From assembly GCF_009914755.1 (NCBI RefSeq), contig NC_060945.1: 64,000 nt of DNA; one strand, written 5' to 3'. This DNA comes from the human T2T-CHM13v2.0 reference genome, Homo sapiens. Position 1 is the first letter of the stretch, and the number at the start of each line of letters is the position of its first letter. The notes beneath the pieces were generated by a model. It had not been told where the DNA came from and searched no databases. It saw nothing but the letters and a program-made list of their open reading frames with translations. This document shows positions 30,809 to 45,532 of the stretch, piece by piece. The translations under genes were made by a program, and so were the position numbers.

Positions 30809-33030
30809 TGTATCAGTCTGTTCTCAAGCTGCTAAGAGATACCTGAGACCAAGTAATTTATAAAGGAAAGAGGTTTAATTGATACACAGTTCCACATGGC
30901 TGGGGAGACCTCACAATCATGACTGAAGGCAAATGAGGAGCAAAGTCATGTCTTACATGGTGGCAGACAAGACAATCTGTGCAGGAGAACTCCCATTTAC
31001 AAAACCATCAGATCTCATGAGACTTATTCATTACCATGAGAGCAGTATGGGAGAAGCCACCCCCATGATTCAATTATTTCCACCTGTCCCTGCCATTGAC
31101 ACATGGTGATTATTACAATTCAAGGTGAGATTTGAGTAGGAACACAGTCAAACCATTTTATTCTGCCCCTGGCCCCTCCCAAATCTCATGTCATCACCTG
31201 TCAAAACTAATCATGCCTTCCCAACAGTTCTCCAACGTCTTAACTCATTTCATCATTAACTCAAAAGTCCACAGTCCAAAGTCTTATCTGAGACAAGCCA
31301 AGTCCTTTCCACCTATGAACCTGTAAAATAAAAGACAAGTTAGTTACTTCCTGGATACAATGGTGATATAGGCATTTTACGTCCATTCCAAATGGAAGAC
31401 ATTTGCCAAAATGTGGGGGCTACAGGCCCCATACAAGTCTGAAATCCAGTGGGGCAGTTAAATCTTAAAGCTCCAAAATGATATCCTTTGACTCCATGTC
31501 TCACATCCAAGTCACACTGTTGCAAGTGGTGTGTTTCTACATCCTTGAGTAGCTCCATCACTGTGGCCTTTCAGGGTACAGCCCCCACTCCTGGATGCTT
31601 TCATTTCATGGCGTTGAGTGTCTGCAGCTTTTTCAGGCACATGGTGCAAGCTGTCAGTGGACCTAACATTCTGCATTTTGAAGGACTGTGACTCTCTTCT
31701 CATAGCTCCACTAGGCAGTGTCTCTGTGGGGACTATGTGTGGGCACTCTCACTCCACATCTCTGTTCCACATTGCCCTAGCAGGGGTTCCCCATGAAGGA
31801 TCTGCCCCTGCAGCACACCTCTGCCTGGACATCCAAGCAGTTGCATACAACCTATGAAATCTATACAGAGGTTCCCAAATCTCAATTCTTGACTTCTGTG
31901 CACCTGTAGGGTCAACACAATGTGGATGCCACCAAGGCTTAGGGCTTGCAGCCACCAAAGACATGGCCTGAGCTGTACCTTGGTCCCTTTAAGCCATGGC
32001 TGGACCAAGTCCCTAGGCTGCACACAGCACCAGGGCCCTGGGCCCAGCATAGAAAAGCATTTTTTCCTCCTAGGCCTCTGGGCCTGTGAAGGGAGGGGTT
32101 GCTGAAAAAGTTTCTGACATGCCCTGGAGACATTTTCCTCATTGCCTTGGTGGTTAACATTCTGCTCCTTGTTACTTAGGCAAATTTCTGCAGCCAGCTT
32201 GAATTTCTCCCCAGAAAAATGGGTTTTCATTTTCTATTGCATTGTCAGGATGCAAATTTTCCAAAGGTTGATGCTCTGCTACCTCTTGAACACTTTGCCA
32301 CTTAGCGATTTCTTTTGACACATGCCCTATATCATCTCTCTCAAGTTCAAGGTTCCACAAATCTCAAGGGCAGGGGCAATATGCCACCAGTATCTTTGCT
32401 AAAACATAGTAAGAGTAATGTTTGCTTTGGTTCCCAACAAGTTCCTCATCTTCATCTGACACCACCTCAGCCTGAATTTATTATCCAAATCACTATCAGC
32501 ATTTTGGTCAAAGGCATTCAACAAGTCTCTAAAAAGTTCTAAACTTCCCACATCATCTTGTTTTCTTCTGAGTCCTCCAAACTGTTCCAACCTCTGCCTG
32601 TTACTCAGTTCCAAAGTTGCTTCCACATTTTTGGGTATCTTTACAGCAGCACCTCACTCTGCCAGTACCAATTTACTGTATGAGTCTGTTTTCATGCTGG
32701 TAAGAAAGAGATACCCAAGACTGGGTAATTCATAAAGAAAAGAGATTTAATGGACTCACAGCTCCACATGGCAGGGGAGGCCTCACAATCATGGCTGAAG
32801 GTGAATGAAGAACAAAGTCATGTCTTACATGGCAGCACGTAGGAGAGCTTGTGCAGGGACCTCTCAACTATAAAACCATCATATTTCATGAGACTTCTTC
32901 ACTACCACAAGAACCATATGGGGGAAATTTCACCATGATTCAATTATCTCCACCTGGCCCCACCCTTGACATGTGGGAATTATTACAATTCAAGGTGAGA
33001 TGTGGGTGGGAATACAGCCAAACCTTATCA
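30809..33030 (-). mobile_element. Full-length THE1 (THE1B/C-like) MaLR provirus: LTR 30809-31160, internal 31161-32676, LTR 32677-33030
   Basis: Two ~350-bp direct LTRs, TG...CA termini, ~1.5-kb THE1 internal region, 5-bp TSD CCTAG at 30804 and 33031. Confidence 0.95.
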
Positions 33031-33203
33031 CCTAGACTGTTTGATCTAAATTTATAGCTTTATTTTTTTCCCTTTCTTATTATTTGAACATATTTATTGA
33101 ACTTGTACATGTGTTTAATTTACTCAGAAATTCCTAAGATTCAACAACCTTTGATTAATTTCATAGGCAGAAAAATAACATTAAAGAAAGGAAGGCTGTT
33201 CTC

Positions 33204-33546
<343 letters not shown>

Positions 33547-34964
33547 TTAACACCTGCTCAACTCTACTAAACAAATCATAAGTGGAAAGCCAACAATCCA
33601 ATAAGAATTGTGTGTAAATCCATCCAATATCTCTGTGCCAACACTCACAATGAAGTGAATCAAATGGACCACAGAATTTCTGGTACTTAATGTTATTTTT
33701 CTTTTACAGACATCTTAAAAAGATATAGGACAATGGCAAGTTTTCTGTTCACAAATAAATGAAAAATAATACCCATAATAATTAAGACTTAATTAAGGAC
33801 ATTGCCACAAATTAAGTATTATCCTTGATTATTTTTCTAAAATATCCAGTTGCGTGTTACAGTTTTAAGAAAATTCTAAAGTTTCCATTTGCTAAAAATC
33901 ATATTTCAAGGAACAGTGGTTTTGGAAAAAGATCACTAAAGCAGAATGAACAAAATTGCTTTTCTCTTTCATTTTGGATGCTGGGCAGAAGACATACAAA
34001 AGCCTTTGATAGCCAAAACACATTACTTAACAATTAACATTATGTTTTTAAAACTTGTAATATAAATGTAGAAAATAAATATTTCTAATGTTACAACTGG
34101 ATCATAGCAAATGAAACTAATCGGTTGAAGTAATTGATCAAAATTTTCTGTTTAAGAAAAAGTAAAATTCTTGCCCAAGTATCAAAACTGGCAAGTTAAT
34201 GAGTATGACATAAATGACCAATACTCAGTCTCCAAATGCGATTTGAACAGTCGAACTCTGTAGTCAAACTTTACCTTGAAGCAAAACACATTCTCACAAA
34301 AAGTCACATTTGGAGAGTCTGTATTTAACAAGAACATTAAAATTTAAATATCCCTGATGATGATTCAAATCATTAAGTTTTAGAAAACTCCAAGCCCCGT
34401 GATTGCAAATTTCTCAAGGCAATTTAGCAAAACACACCAGAAACCTGTTAAATAGATTATTTTATTGTGCCAATGTTTTATTAGCTTAACAGATCTATTT
34501 ATTTAAGAGGACCCTGCAGCCTTATAAAATACATTTTATTTGGTATGCATGACGCAGCTATTTAAGAGAATTTGCATACTGGCGTCAACTTCCACCAGGC
34601 ACCTTAGGAATTAGTATTTTCCTTCATATACAACTTCTGTGAATTATTTAGTATAGTACTAGGTAGGCAGGTAAAATTGAATTTGTGGACCATTAAATGG
34701 AATTAGCCAAACTATAAGGCTAAGGGAATAGTCTTCCAGGCTGCCAAGTGTGTCAGGAATGCTTAGATTTTAAAATTTTACTAAATACAGAATCTTTAAA
34801 TGTGAATTATTGACAGAATGGTTTATGCTTTAAGGTAAAATTAGTTTTTTAATCCACATGCTATTTTTCCAAATTCCATTAGTTAGAATTCTCCCTACTA
34901 ATTTGTATCAAAGCTTTTGGCACTTCTTATCAGAGTATATATATATACTTGATCATATATATAT

Positions 34965-35170
34965 ATGATCTTTATTGTCTATACATCTAGAGCTTATATT
35001 TTTTATTTTTATTTTTTATCTTATTTTCTTTCATATGGAGTCTCACTCTGTCACCCAGGCTGGAGTGCAGAAGTACAATCATAACTCAAGGCAGCCTTAA
35101 ACTCCTGGACTCAGGAGATCTTCTCACCTAAGCCTCCAAAGTAGCTGAGACTACAGTTGTATGCCACCAT
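34965..35170 (-). repeat. Inverted duplicate of 36720-36924 (AluJ right arm, tail and unique flank)
   Basis: Reverse complement matches 36720-36924 with about 5 substitutions and 1 indel. Confidence 0.95.
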
Positions 35171-35523
35171 GATGATTACTTGAGGAAGAGAATGAAATTG
35201 TGGGCGTTGGTCAAAGAAGAATTTACCTTAATTTTTAATGTTTTAATATGTAAAAGGCACTATGTTATTCTATTAACCTTAAGTGTTGAATTGTAGAAGT
35301 TAGAACAAAATCTGAATTTGAGTGGGGCCCTAAACAGAATTAAGATTGATAGATGTGTAGGTCAGCCCTGGGACATCACGACTCAGCTGATCAGATGATA
35401 ATAGAAATATCTACAAAAGAGATAGGAACCTGATTTTTTGGCAGAAAGCAAATTTCATGACTCAGGAGGGCCTCTTGGGTTTTGAACCTAAAAACTCTTG
35501 AGGCAGCTGTCCATTAAAACCTA

Positions 35524-35777
<254 letters not shown>

Positions 35778-35907
35778 TTACTGGCAGTTCTTTTTTCAAA
35801 ATTGTCCCAACTCCCAACTACCATAAGATAACAGAAGATTCTGAAGCCACTAATATTAATCACATCTTCTGTGTATGCCCAAAAAAAGACATTCAAAAGA
35901 AGGGGAT

Positions 35908-36202
<295 letters not shown>

Positions 36203-36573
36203 AAAAGAAGGGGACAACAGAAACACGGTAGATTACTCATAAATTTGGAAAGGTTATCCCATGAGATAACAACATGGCTTCCATTGGTGTTATGTAAGCA
36301 CTAGAATTCCCTCTCAGGAAAGGTTAAGCAGGTTGACTGGATTACTGATAGGAATGTAGGCCATGTTGCTATTTGGAAATCAACTGCAATTCACCTTGCA
36401 GACAGTAAAACCTTAAAGGAAGAAGGTAAGGACAAATTTACCTATAGGCAGTTAAAAACTATAAACTGGGCAGAAGAAGACATGAGTTCCAGACTTCATG
36501 AGGTGACATTTGGAAATTTACAGATTTTGGGGCTATCGCCAGGGTCTTTGCTCTATGGTCAAGAAAATAAACC

Positions 36574-36891
36574 TTCCAGGCACGGTTGCTCATGTCCGTT
36601 ATCCCACCTCTTTGGGAGGCCAAAGTGGGATGATTTCTTGAGCCTAGGAGTTCAAGGACAGCCTGGCCAACATAGCAAGACCCTGTCTCTATAAAATAAT
36701 AATAATAAATTAGCCAAGTATGGTGGCATACAACTGTAGTCTCAGCTACTTTGGAGGCTTAGGTGAGAAGATCTCTTGAGTCCAGGAGTTTAAGTCTGCC
36801 TTGAGTTATGAATGTACTTCTGCACTCCAGCCTGGGTGACAGAGTGAGACTCCATCTGAAAGAAAATAAGATAAAAAATAAAAAGAAAAAA
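36574..36891 (+). mobile_element. AluJ-like, diverged
   Basis: CTTGAGCCTAGGAGTTC and CAACATAGCAAGACCCTG J-type diagnostics. Confidence 0.9.
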
Positions 36892-37039
36892 TTAAGCTCT
36901 AGATGTATAGACAATAAAGATCATCCCTGTATAAAGTAATCAGTTATGAAAATCTCTGTGGGAATTAAAGGAAGAATTAAAGTGGGCTATGTGGATCCAC
37001 ACCAAAAAAAATAAAACACAGTTCCCTGCTTAGTGGGTA

Positions 37040-38260
37040 TAGCAGGTTGGAGTCTCTGTGAGTCAGATCCTGAGATACAATTGGATGTTCAAAAGGTTTA
37101 TTGGGGAATAATATCAAATAATGAAAGTAGAAGAGGAGGAAAGCAGGACTGGCTGGGGAACCATCAGATCACAGTGGAGATCTGACAATGTTCCTGCCAT
37201 TCCAATGGTTCTCTGAAGTGACACACCTTGTCATAGTCCCATGTTGAGTGGCAATGGTCATGCTCTGTCAGTGTGTGACAGGAATTGCCTTGAGAAAAAC
37301 ACGACCTTGGCTCAAAATCTGACAGGGGTGATGAAGGAACAAAAGCAGGAGACTGTCAGAGAGAAAGTAAATAGTTACTTAAAGGAAGATCTCAGTGACC
37401 TATTGTCATATCTACCACAATTTACTCCTTTTACTGAATGTAGCCACTTTTCCTTACACATGTGGGAGCAACTTTGCCAGGGTTCTAGAGAGCTTCTCTT
37501 CCTGCGAAGGAACATTGAAGAGAAAGATGAGATGAAATATAGCCCACCTTACTGCGGTTAGTCTCGAGGCTGCAGTGGGATTCATCTTCTTCCTTATGCA
37601 CTATTCAATACAAACCCACTTCTCCTCAGCTACAACCTCCATTGCTCTGGGTGGCTTACTCCATGGTGAGTGGGGGAATGAGTGACTTAAAATCTCACTC
37701 CTGAGCTGACAGGTCATCCAATAACTAAGATCTTTTCAGGCTAGTTTTGTTGAACTTATACTTCACAGTCACCAAGAGACACTCAAGAAGATCACCTTAC
37801 TTCCATATGTAGTCCTACTGCCCCCATTATATAATAGCAGCCCTAGTTTCTTCCCCCAATCAGGGTCAGTTGCCCATGAGAAGATTGAACAGTATTTTTT
37901 TTGCTTACTGATTCCTAGAAAAAGGAGCCCAAAGTGTCAGGCAGTAACTTGTAGTTCAATCACAATTTCCTGTTTTCATGGATGAGAATACACCCCTTTG
38001 AGTACTAGGAAGTCTCATCCTGAAGAATACATTAGTGAGAAACAGTAAGAGAAATACTCCAGTGGGCCTCTAGGAATGATGGTGCAAGGGGCAACTCCTG
38101 TTTCTTCTCTTTGTTCTTGGACCCACGCATTCTTCCACTTGGAGCACCATGTTGTGTTAAGGTCTTTGAATTAACGCTTACACTATAGCCTAGAGTTTGG
38201 TGCGTTTTGATGACAGAGTGTTGCAGAAGGAGCGCTGATGTTTTCCCATCAGTTTTCTCA
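37040..38260 (-). mobile_element. LTR16-like LTR (~37040-37420) plus ERVL internal remnant
   Basis: CAGATCCTGAGATA...AGGTTTATTGGGGAATA...AAGCAGGACTGG...ATCAGATC typical of antisense LTR16. Confidence 0.6.
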
Positions 38261-38759
38261 GGTTCAGGAAAAAAATAGACAAGGGGAAAGATGGGGCTAC
38301 ACAGCTGTCAAACATCAAAAACAGGGTCAAATTCTTTATTACATTCACAAAGCAGATGGAACCCGGTTTACTGGACAGCAGCCTATAATTACCATCCTAA
38401 TCATCGAGTTCTATGTAGAACATGAGGAAATGTAATTCCTTTCAGGATTTTAGTGTAATTTAAATTGATGTATGTTATACACACATTATTTTAATATTTT
38501 TAAAAGAGCTCTATGTACAACAAAGCATATGTCAGCTCCTTTACTGTAAGCAATAATTTTCCAGTATGAGAACAATTTGGAGATACTGAGTTGAAGTCTC
38601 CAAAACTAATTGGCCAGGGAAAAAATTGAATTTAGCCTTAGAAAAAAATTATGTATCTAATGAAATGTCTTTATCAAGACTAATAAAATAGTTCAAATAA
38701 TTGTGGATGGTAAAGAAAAAGGAGCAATTGAGCCAGCAAAAATATATATATGTGTATAA

Positions 38760-39048
<289 letters not shown>

Positions 39049-40202
39049 TGAGCCACTAAAAGAATTTAGATAAGGGAAAAGATACAGTCATGGCCAAATG
39101 CTTTGTAGAGGGAATATCTCTTCCTCCAATGGATGTTTCGAAGACGGTGGTTGTTGGGGTATTCGGTGGCTAATTCTTCAGTGTGAATTATTGCAGAAAA
39201 TGACCTAAGTCAAATGTTGAAAGAAAATATGGGCAACAAGTTACTGACAAATCTGAGAGAGTGAACTGAAAAGGAAGGAATTAAAACAACTGGGCTATAA
39301 TTCATTTCTCCCCCAGTTACTATGGATTGGATGCTCTGGGCAAAGAAGGCAAGTTCTAGTCTTCTAGTCTTGCAAAAATGATAGCTGAACCTCTAGACAA
39401 GCAGTCTAACAAAGTTGGTTAGGAGAAAATTCCTCATCTGTTGAATGCTTTGAGCACTGATTTTCCTATTTTAGAATTGTCTGCGATAAACAAACTTATA
39501 CTATGTGAATTTATGGGACATGGTTCCTTAAGGAATGTTACATAAGTAAACAACTATCTGGGGAAAAAAAAAAAGGAAAATATGAAATAACTTAAGAAGC
39601 CTGTCCTGTTGGGTGACCTATAATCCTCATTTAAAGATCTCTTTTATTTGAGTCTGATAGCATGTGTTCCAATGGGAACACAGCATGTGTCCAATGTGAG
39701 AAGGAACAGCTTGTGGAGTCAGGAGGATGTGCAAAGCCTCTCTCTGAATTTTGTTTGTTTGCATCCGTGTAATTGTCAGTAAAGCTCACTACTGTGAAAG
39801 TCTCTGATTTGTGTGTTTCCTATTAGACAATCAGATCTCTGTGTTAGATTAGTTTTCTGTTTTTTTATGCACTTAACTACAAATGATTTTTGTAATCTTT
39901 GAATGAAAACTTTTTCATCTCAATTCATTGTTAAATTGGTTTATAGTTTTAACTTCTACACCAGCTTTTAAAATTTGGCAATGAATTTGCATCATACTCA
40001 TAAAAGGAATTGAGAAACACTTTCTATTTTTCTTTAGGTTTAAGTATGTTTAAAATAACATAAGTTAGATAAGAACTTTAGCATATATCCATTATGTTTT
40101 CTTATCACTCACTTAGTATGTAAAATAATACAAATAATTTGCAATTTTGGAACATCAATAACTATAGGTGCCCCAGGGATATTGATCTAGATTTCAGGTA
40201 TA

Positions 40203-40545
40203 CTCACCCCTGGGTATACTCAGGGGATTATTTCCCACAGTATCTCCTTAGGATACCAAAATCCACTGATATTTAGTTCTTGCTGTAAAATGGTGTAGCA
40301 TTTGCATATAACCTATGCGCATCCTCTTTATATTTTAAATCATCTATAGATTACTTATAATACCTTGTATAATGTAAGTGTTATGTAAATGGTTGTTATA
40401 TTGCATTGTTTAGGGAATAACGACAAGAACAAAGGTCTGTACATGTTCAGTACAGATGCAATCATTCATTATTTTTCTAAATATTTTCAATCTGCAGTTG
40501 GTTGAATCCACAGATGTGGAAACCACAGATGCAGAGGGCTGCCTC
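40203..40545 (+). mobile_element. MER2 (Tigger-family non-autonomous DNA transposon)
   Basis: GGATACCAAAATCCAC...ATTTGCATATAACCTA...GTTGGTTGAATCCACAGATGTGGAA; ~345 bp. Confidence 0.9.
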
Positions 40546-41349
40546 TATAACAGTGTTTTTTTTTTTTTTTTTTTTTTTGGTAGCACGTCAAGCCTACATG
40601 ACAGTGTAGATTTGCTTCCATTTAAGTCCTGGAGCAAAGCCTAACATTTTACTATTTTTCAGGAATTCAGCAGACAGAGGCCTGAGAGTTTGCTTAATGA
40701 GGAGCTGTAACACCTGAGATCTATGACTGCTGAATTCCGTTCACCGTAGTGAACATAAAATCAAACTGGACTTGAAGGATAATGTGCTTCCACGGCTGTG
40801 CGACTGAGTGAGAACTGAACCCTTGGGTAGTCGAGGATAGGAGCATGAGCAGGTAACTGAGAACGAGGGGAGGAGAGGCTAGAGCATGGAATTTCGGTGT
40901 TTTGGGTTAACATTTCAACACAGAAATCAAGGTTTTGCTTCCTTTTACTCAAGTAGACCCCACTAGCTGAAACTAGTATTTTGTCACCTTTACTAGATTT
41001 TCCATTCTTTGGCAGTCCCACATTACTTGAAAACCACTGGGATGTACAATTATGAGCCGAAAAAGAAATTTACCACTCATTTGAGGAGACTCAGAAAACT
41101 GAAAGAAGAAGATTAAGCTAAATGCTTGGAACAGGTCACTTCCATCATTAGAAGAAACGACAAATGAAACAGACTTTAAATAATGCCAGTCTTGGTTAGA
41201 TTGCTTATAGAGTTAAGATTGGGGTATGAAAAAGACTTTCTCACATTTTTAAACAATGATTTTAAAATTTAAAACTACAGTAGACTAATTGAAAACAGGA
41301 TACTTACTTTTGTGAAATTTGAATCATATGATTAGATTAGTGGCCTTAA

Positions 41350-41352
<3 letters not shown>

Positions 41353-41395
<43 letters not shown>

Positions 41396-41681
41396 GACGC
41401 AGTTTCACTCTTCTTGCCCAGTATGGAATGCAATGCGCAGTCTCGGCTCACTGCAACCTCCACCTCCCGGGTCCAAGTGATTCTCTTGCCTCAGCCTCCT
41501 GAGTAGCTGGGATTACAGGCGCCTGACACAATGCCTGGCTATTTTTTTTTTTTTAATTTTTAGTAGAGACAGGATTTTACCATATTGGCCAGGCTGGTCT
41601 TGAACTCCTGAGCTCAAGTGATCTGTCTGCCTCAGCCTCCCAAAGTGCTGGGATTACAGGCATGAGCCACCGTACCCGGCC
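41353..41681 (-). mobile_element. Alu (AluSq/Sp-like) with T42 tail
   Basis: Full dimer; uninterrupted T run 41353-41394. Confidence 0.95.
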
Positions 41682-41940
41682 AAGATTTCATAATCACATA
41701 TCCACATAAAATATTTTAAAGCTGTGTGCCTTCCTTCACATTTTTATGGTTTCTCTCTAAAATGAACTGTTCTAAGCTTAAGAAATTAAATATTGTACAA
41801 TTTTCACATAATTGTAAATATTATAAAATAATATATTCATGTAATCATTAATATTAAAAATTTGCTATTGTATATCAAAACACCACAAAAATTAATTTTA
41901 ATTTAAAAAGTATTTTTCTTTTTTTTAGTTGGAAATTTTA

Positions 41941-42204
41941 TTTTATTTTATTATTTTGTTTTATTATTATTATACTTTAAGTTTTAGGGTACATGTGCAC
42001 AATGTGCAGGTTAGTTACATATGTATACATGTGCCATGCTGGTGTGCTGCACCCATTAACTCGTCATTTAGCATTAGGTATATCTCCTAATGCTATCCCT
42101 CCCCCTCCCCCCACCCCACAACAGTCCCCAGAGTGTGATGTTCCCCTTCCTGTGTCCATGTGTTCTCATTGTTCAATTCCCACCTATGAGTGAGAACATG
42201 CGGT
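41941..42204 (-). mobile_element. 5'-truncated L1PA (L1PA2/3-like) 3' UTR
   Basis: TTATACTTTAAGTTTTAGGGTACATGTGCAC...; TSD AGTTGGAAATTTTA / AGTTAGAAATTTTA. Confidence 0.95.
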
Positions 42205-42578
42205 TCTTTAACAGTTAGAAATTTTATAATGACCCTTTTTCTTCTTGAGCTCACAATTTCATTCTACTTCTTTCAGAGAATTCTATACCACAGTAAAATA
42301 TTAGATAATTGTAATTATTTTCGATGACAATTTTAAATATTTTTTGCTACCAGATACGTAAAATATGAATGTGAAGTGAAAAAAATTTTTTTTAAATTCT
42401 TGCCCCATAAGACATTTAGTATTATGAAACCAAACATTATTTTGGTTTGAGGTGTCATTTTAGTTATTAATGTAGACTGCTGATCATAACATAAATATAT
42501 TACGTAACTTTATATATGATTATAGATTATCAATGCCTAAACATTTTAGAACTGCACACCACTTACAAAGGTAAATGA

Positions 42579-42895
<317 letters not shown>

Positions 42896-43277
42896 TCAAT
42901 AGTTCATTTGGTCCTATATGGCTATCAATTCCTGTTAGCGTGACACAGGCTTCAGAACTAAGTATCTCCATAATTTCAGTTTTTACTAATGTAACATTGA
43001 GAAATTTTGTTTCATATACCTAAGCGCATATGAATGGGAGGTACCTCACTGTACAATGTCACTCAACAAAATGTCAAAGAGAATACAGTGCTCTATTATA
43101 CGATTTGTCCAAAATGATTATTCAACTGACAAATCAATTCACTCTTCCTCCTATTATGTTGAAAACGACATACTGGAAATATATGATAAACAAAACAATT
43201 TATTTCTCAGTCACTAGATGTAACCATTGGACAACATCGTTTAGGAATAAACAATGATATTGAAAATAAAAACAAGA

Positions 43278-43739
<462 letters not shown>

Positions 43740-44244
43740 TCAAGTTATATTTATCCTTTAAGATTTTGTATAAGGCATGTATCTATGTCTATGCATGTAT
43801 GTGTCTATGCATACATATATAATATACAGTATTTTATGTATATGATTGTGTGTGTATATATATAATATTAAAACAAAATAAAAGCCAATACATTTTAAAA
43901 AAACATAATTATACAGTCTAACATTAGTACTAAGAAGACTTAGATAAAGCAATTAATCTAAAATATACAAGGGGGCAAGTCAGAAGGCACACATATTTGG
44001 TCTTCAAAGATTATAAAATTTTGCAGACTTTTCCATATTGAATATTTAAAAAATCAAATAATATTAGAGCTAAACACAATGCATTCCAGTTACTGCCAAA
44101 ATAGAGCAAAATTTCTACTGAAGAAACCTGTTTGTATTTGTGCAAATTGAGGGCATGACATCAGACAAATTAGATATGGTAAGTTCTAAAGGACACTGTT
44201 ACAAAACTATACTTTATGCAAATGTGCTTGCATAAAAACAATTT

Positions 44245-44880
44245 CCTGCACCCATCAACTCGTCATTTAACATTACGTATATCTCCTAATGCTATCCCTC
44301 CCCCCTCCCCCCACCCCACAACAGGCCCCGGTGTGTGATGTTCCCCTTCCTGTGTCCATGTGTTCTCATTGTTCAATTCCCACCTATGAGTGAGAGCATG
44401 CGGTGTTTGGTTTTTTGTCCTTGAGATAGTTTGCTGAGAATGATGGTTTCCAGCTTCATCCATGTCCCTACAAAGGACATGAACTCATCATTTTTTATGG
44501 CTGCATAGTATTCCATGGTGTATATATGCCACATTTTCTTAATCCAGTCTATCATTGTTGGACATTTGGCTTGGTTCCAAGTCTTTGCTATTGTGAATAG
44601 TGCTGCAATAAACATACATGTGCATGTGTGTTTATAGCAGCATGATTTATAATCCTTTGGGTATATACCCAGTGATGGGATGGCTGGGTCAAATGGTATT
44701 TCTAGTTCAAGATCCCTGAGGAATTGCCACACTGACTTCCACGATGGTTGAACTAGTTTACAGTCCCACCAACAGTGTAAAAGTGTTCCTATTGCACACC
44801 AACATGGCACATGTATACATATGTAACTAACCTGCACATTGTTCACATGTACCCGAAAATTTAAAATATAATAAAAAAAA
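44245..44880 (+). mobile_element. L1PA with 5' inversion (antisense 44245-44793, sense 44794-44880)
   Basis: Antisense part encodes the ORF2 C-terminus (GTLLHCWWDCKLVQP...SLIGGN in ORF 44373..44846); sense part ends in the poly-A; imperfect TSD. Confidence 0.95.
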
Positions 44881-45487
44881 TTCCTTATAAAATGTAAAAT
44901 TATCTTTTTGTCAGCAGAACCATCAGTTTTTTTGTTTTGCTTTTATGCCTCCTATATTAAGAAGATCATCTCACATAGCAAAGCTATCTGCTAAAAAGCT
45001 TTCTCTTTCACCGACCCCATGTGAAACATTGTACACCTTTTTCTGGGCCAAAGTACTTAATGTGAATGTTATACAGGAAAGTGTAAAATAATACACCATT
45101 AATTTTACACTACATTTTGATATCAGAGCTACCCTGGCTCCCAGAGAATGAACAACTGTCAGGAAAGTTTCTTTCAGGAGGAAGGGCAGAGAAAGATCAT
45201 AAGCCAGGGAGACAGAGGAAGCTAGATCCTTATCCAGGAGCTAACTCCAACACAAACCAGTTCTGACACCCTGAGACACCCGTAACCTTCCTAAGTCTCA
45301 GTCTCTTTATCTACAAAGTGTGTTTTGTTAGCTTTAAAAGATTCAATACAGGCAAAGTGTCACAAGTAAATGTAAGTTATAAACTTTATTTCAGAGACCT
45401 GGAAGGCATACCAAGGCAAACAGAAGAGCTGCAGCAAATGAAGACAGTGTGGTATTGGCAAAATAAGAGGCAAACAGATCAAATATT

Positions 45488-45532
45488 CAGTAGTCACATG
45501 TGGCTAGTGGCTACTGTATTGGACAGTACAGC
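45488..45532. mobile_element. MER3/MER33-like hAT terminus
   Basis: AGTCACATGTGGCTAGTGGCTACTGTATTGGACAG. Confidence 0.7.

Noticed and set aside
31733-32230. 165-aa ORF
   Set aside because: It lies in the THE1 internal region and is a degraded MaLR ORF remnant with frameshifts on either side.
44373-44846. 157-aa ORF
   Set aside because: It is the L1 ORF2 C-terminus fused across the inversion junction to antisense 3' UTR, not a gene.
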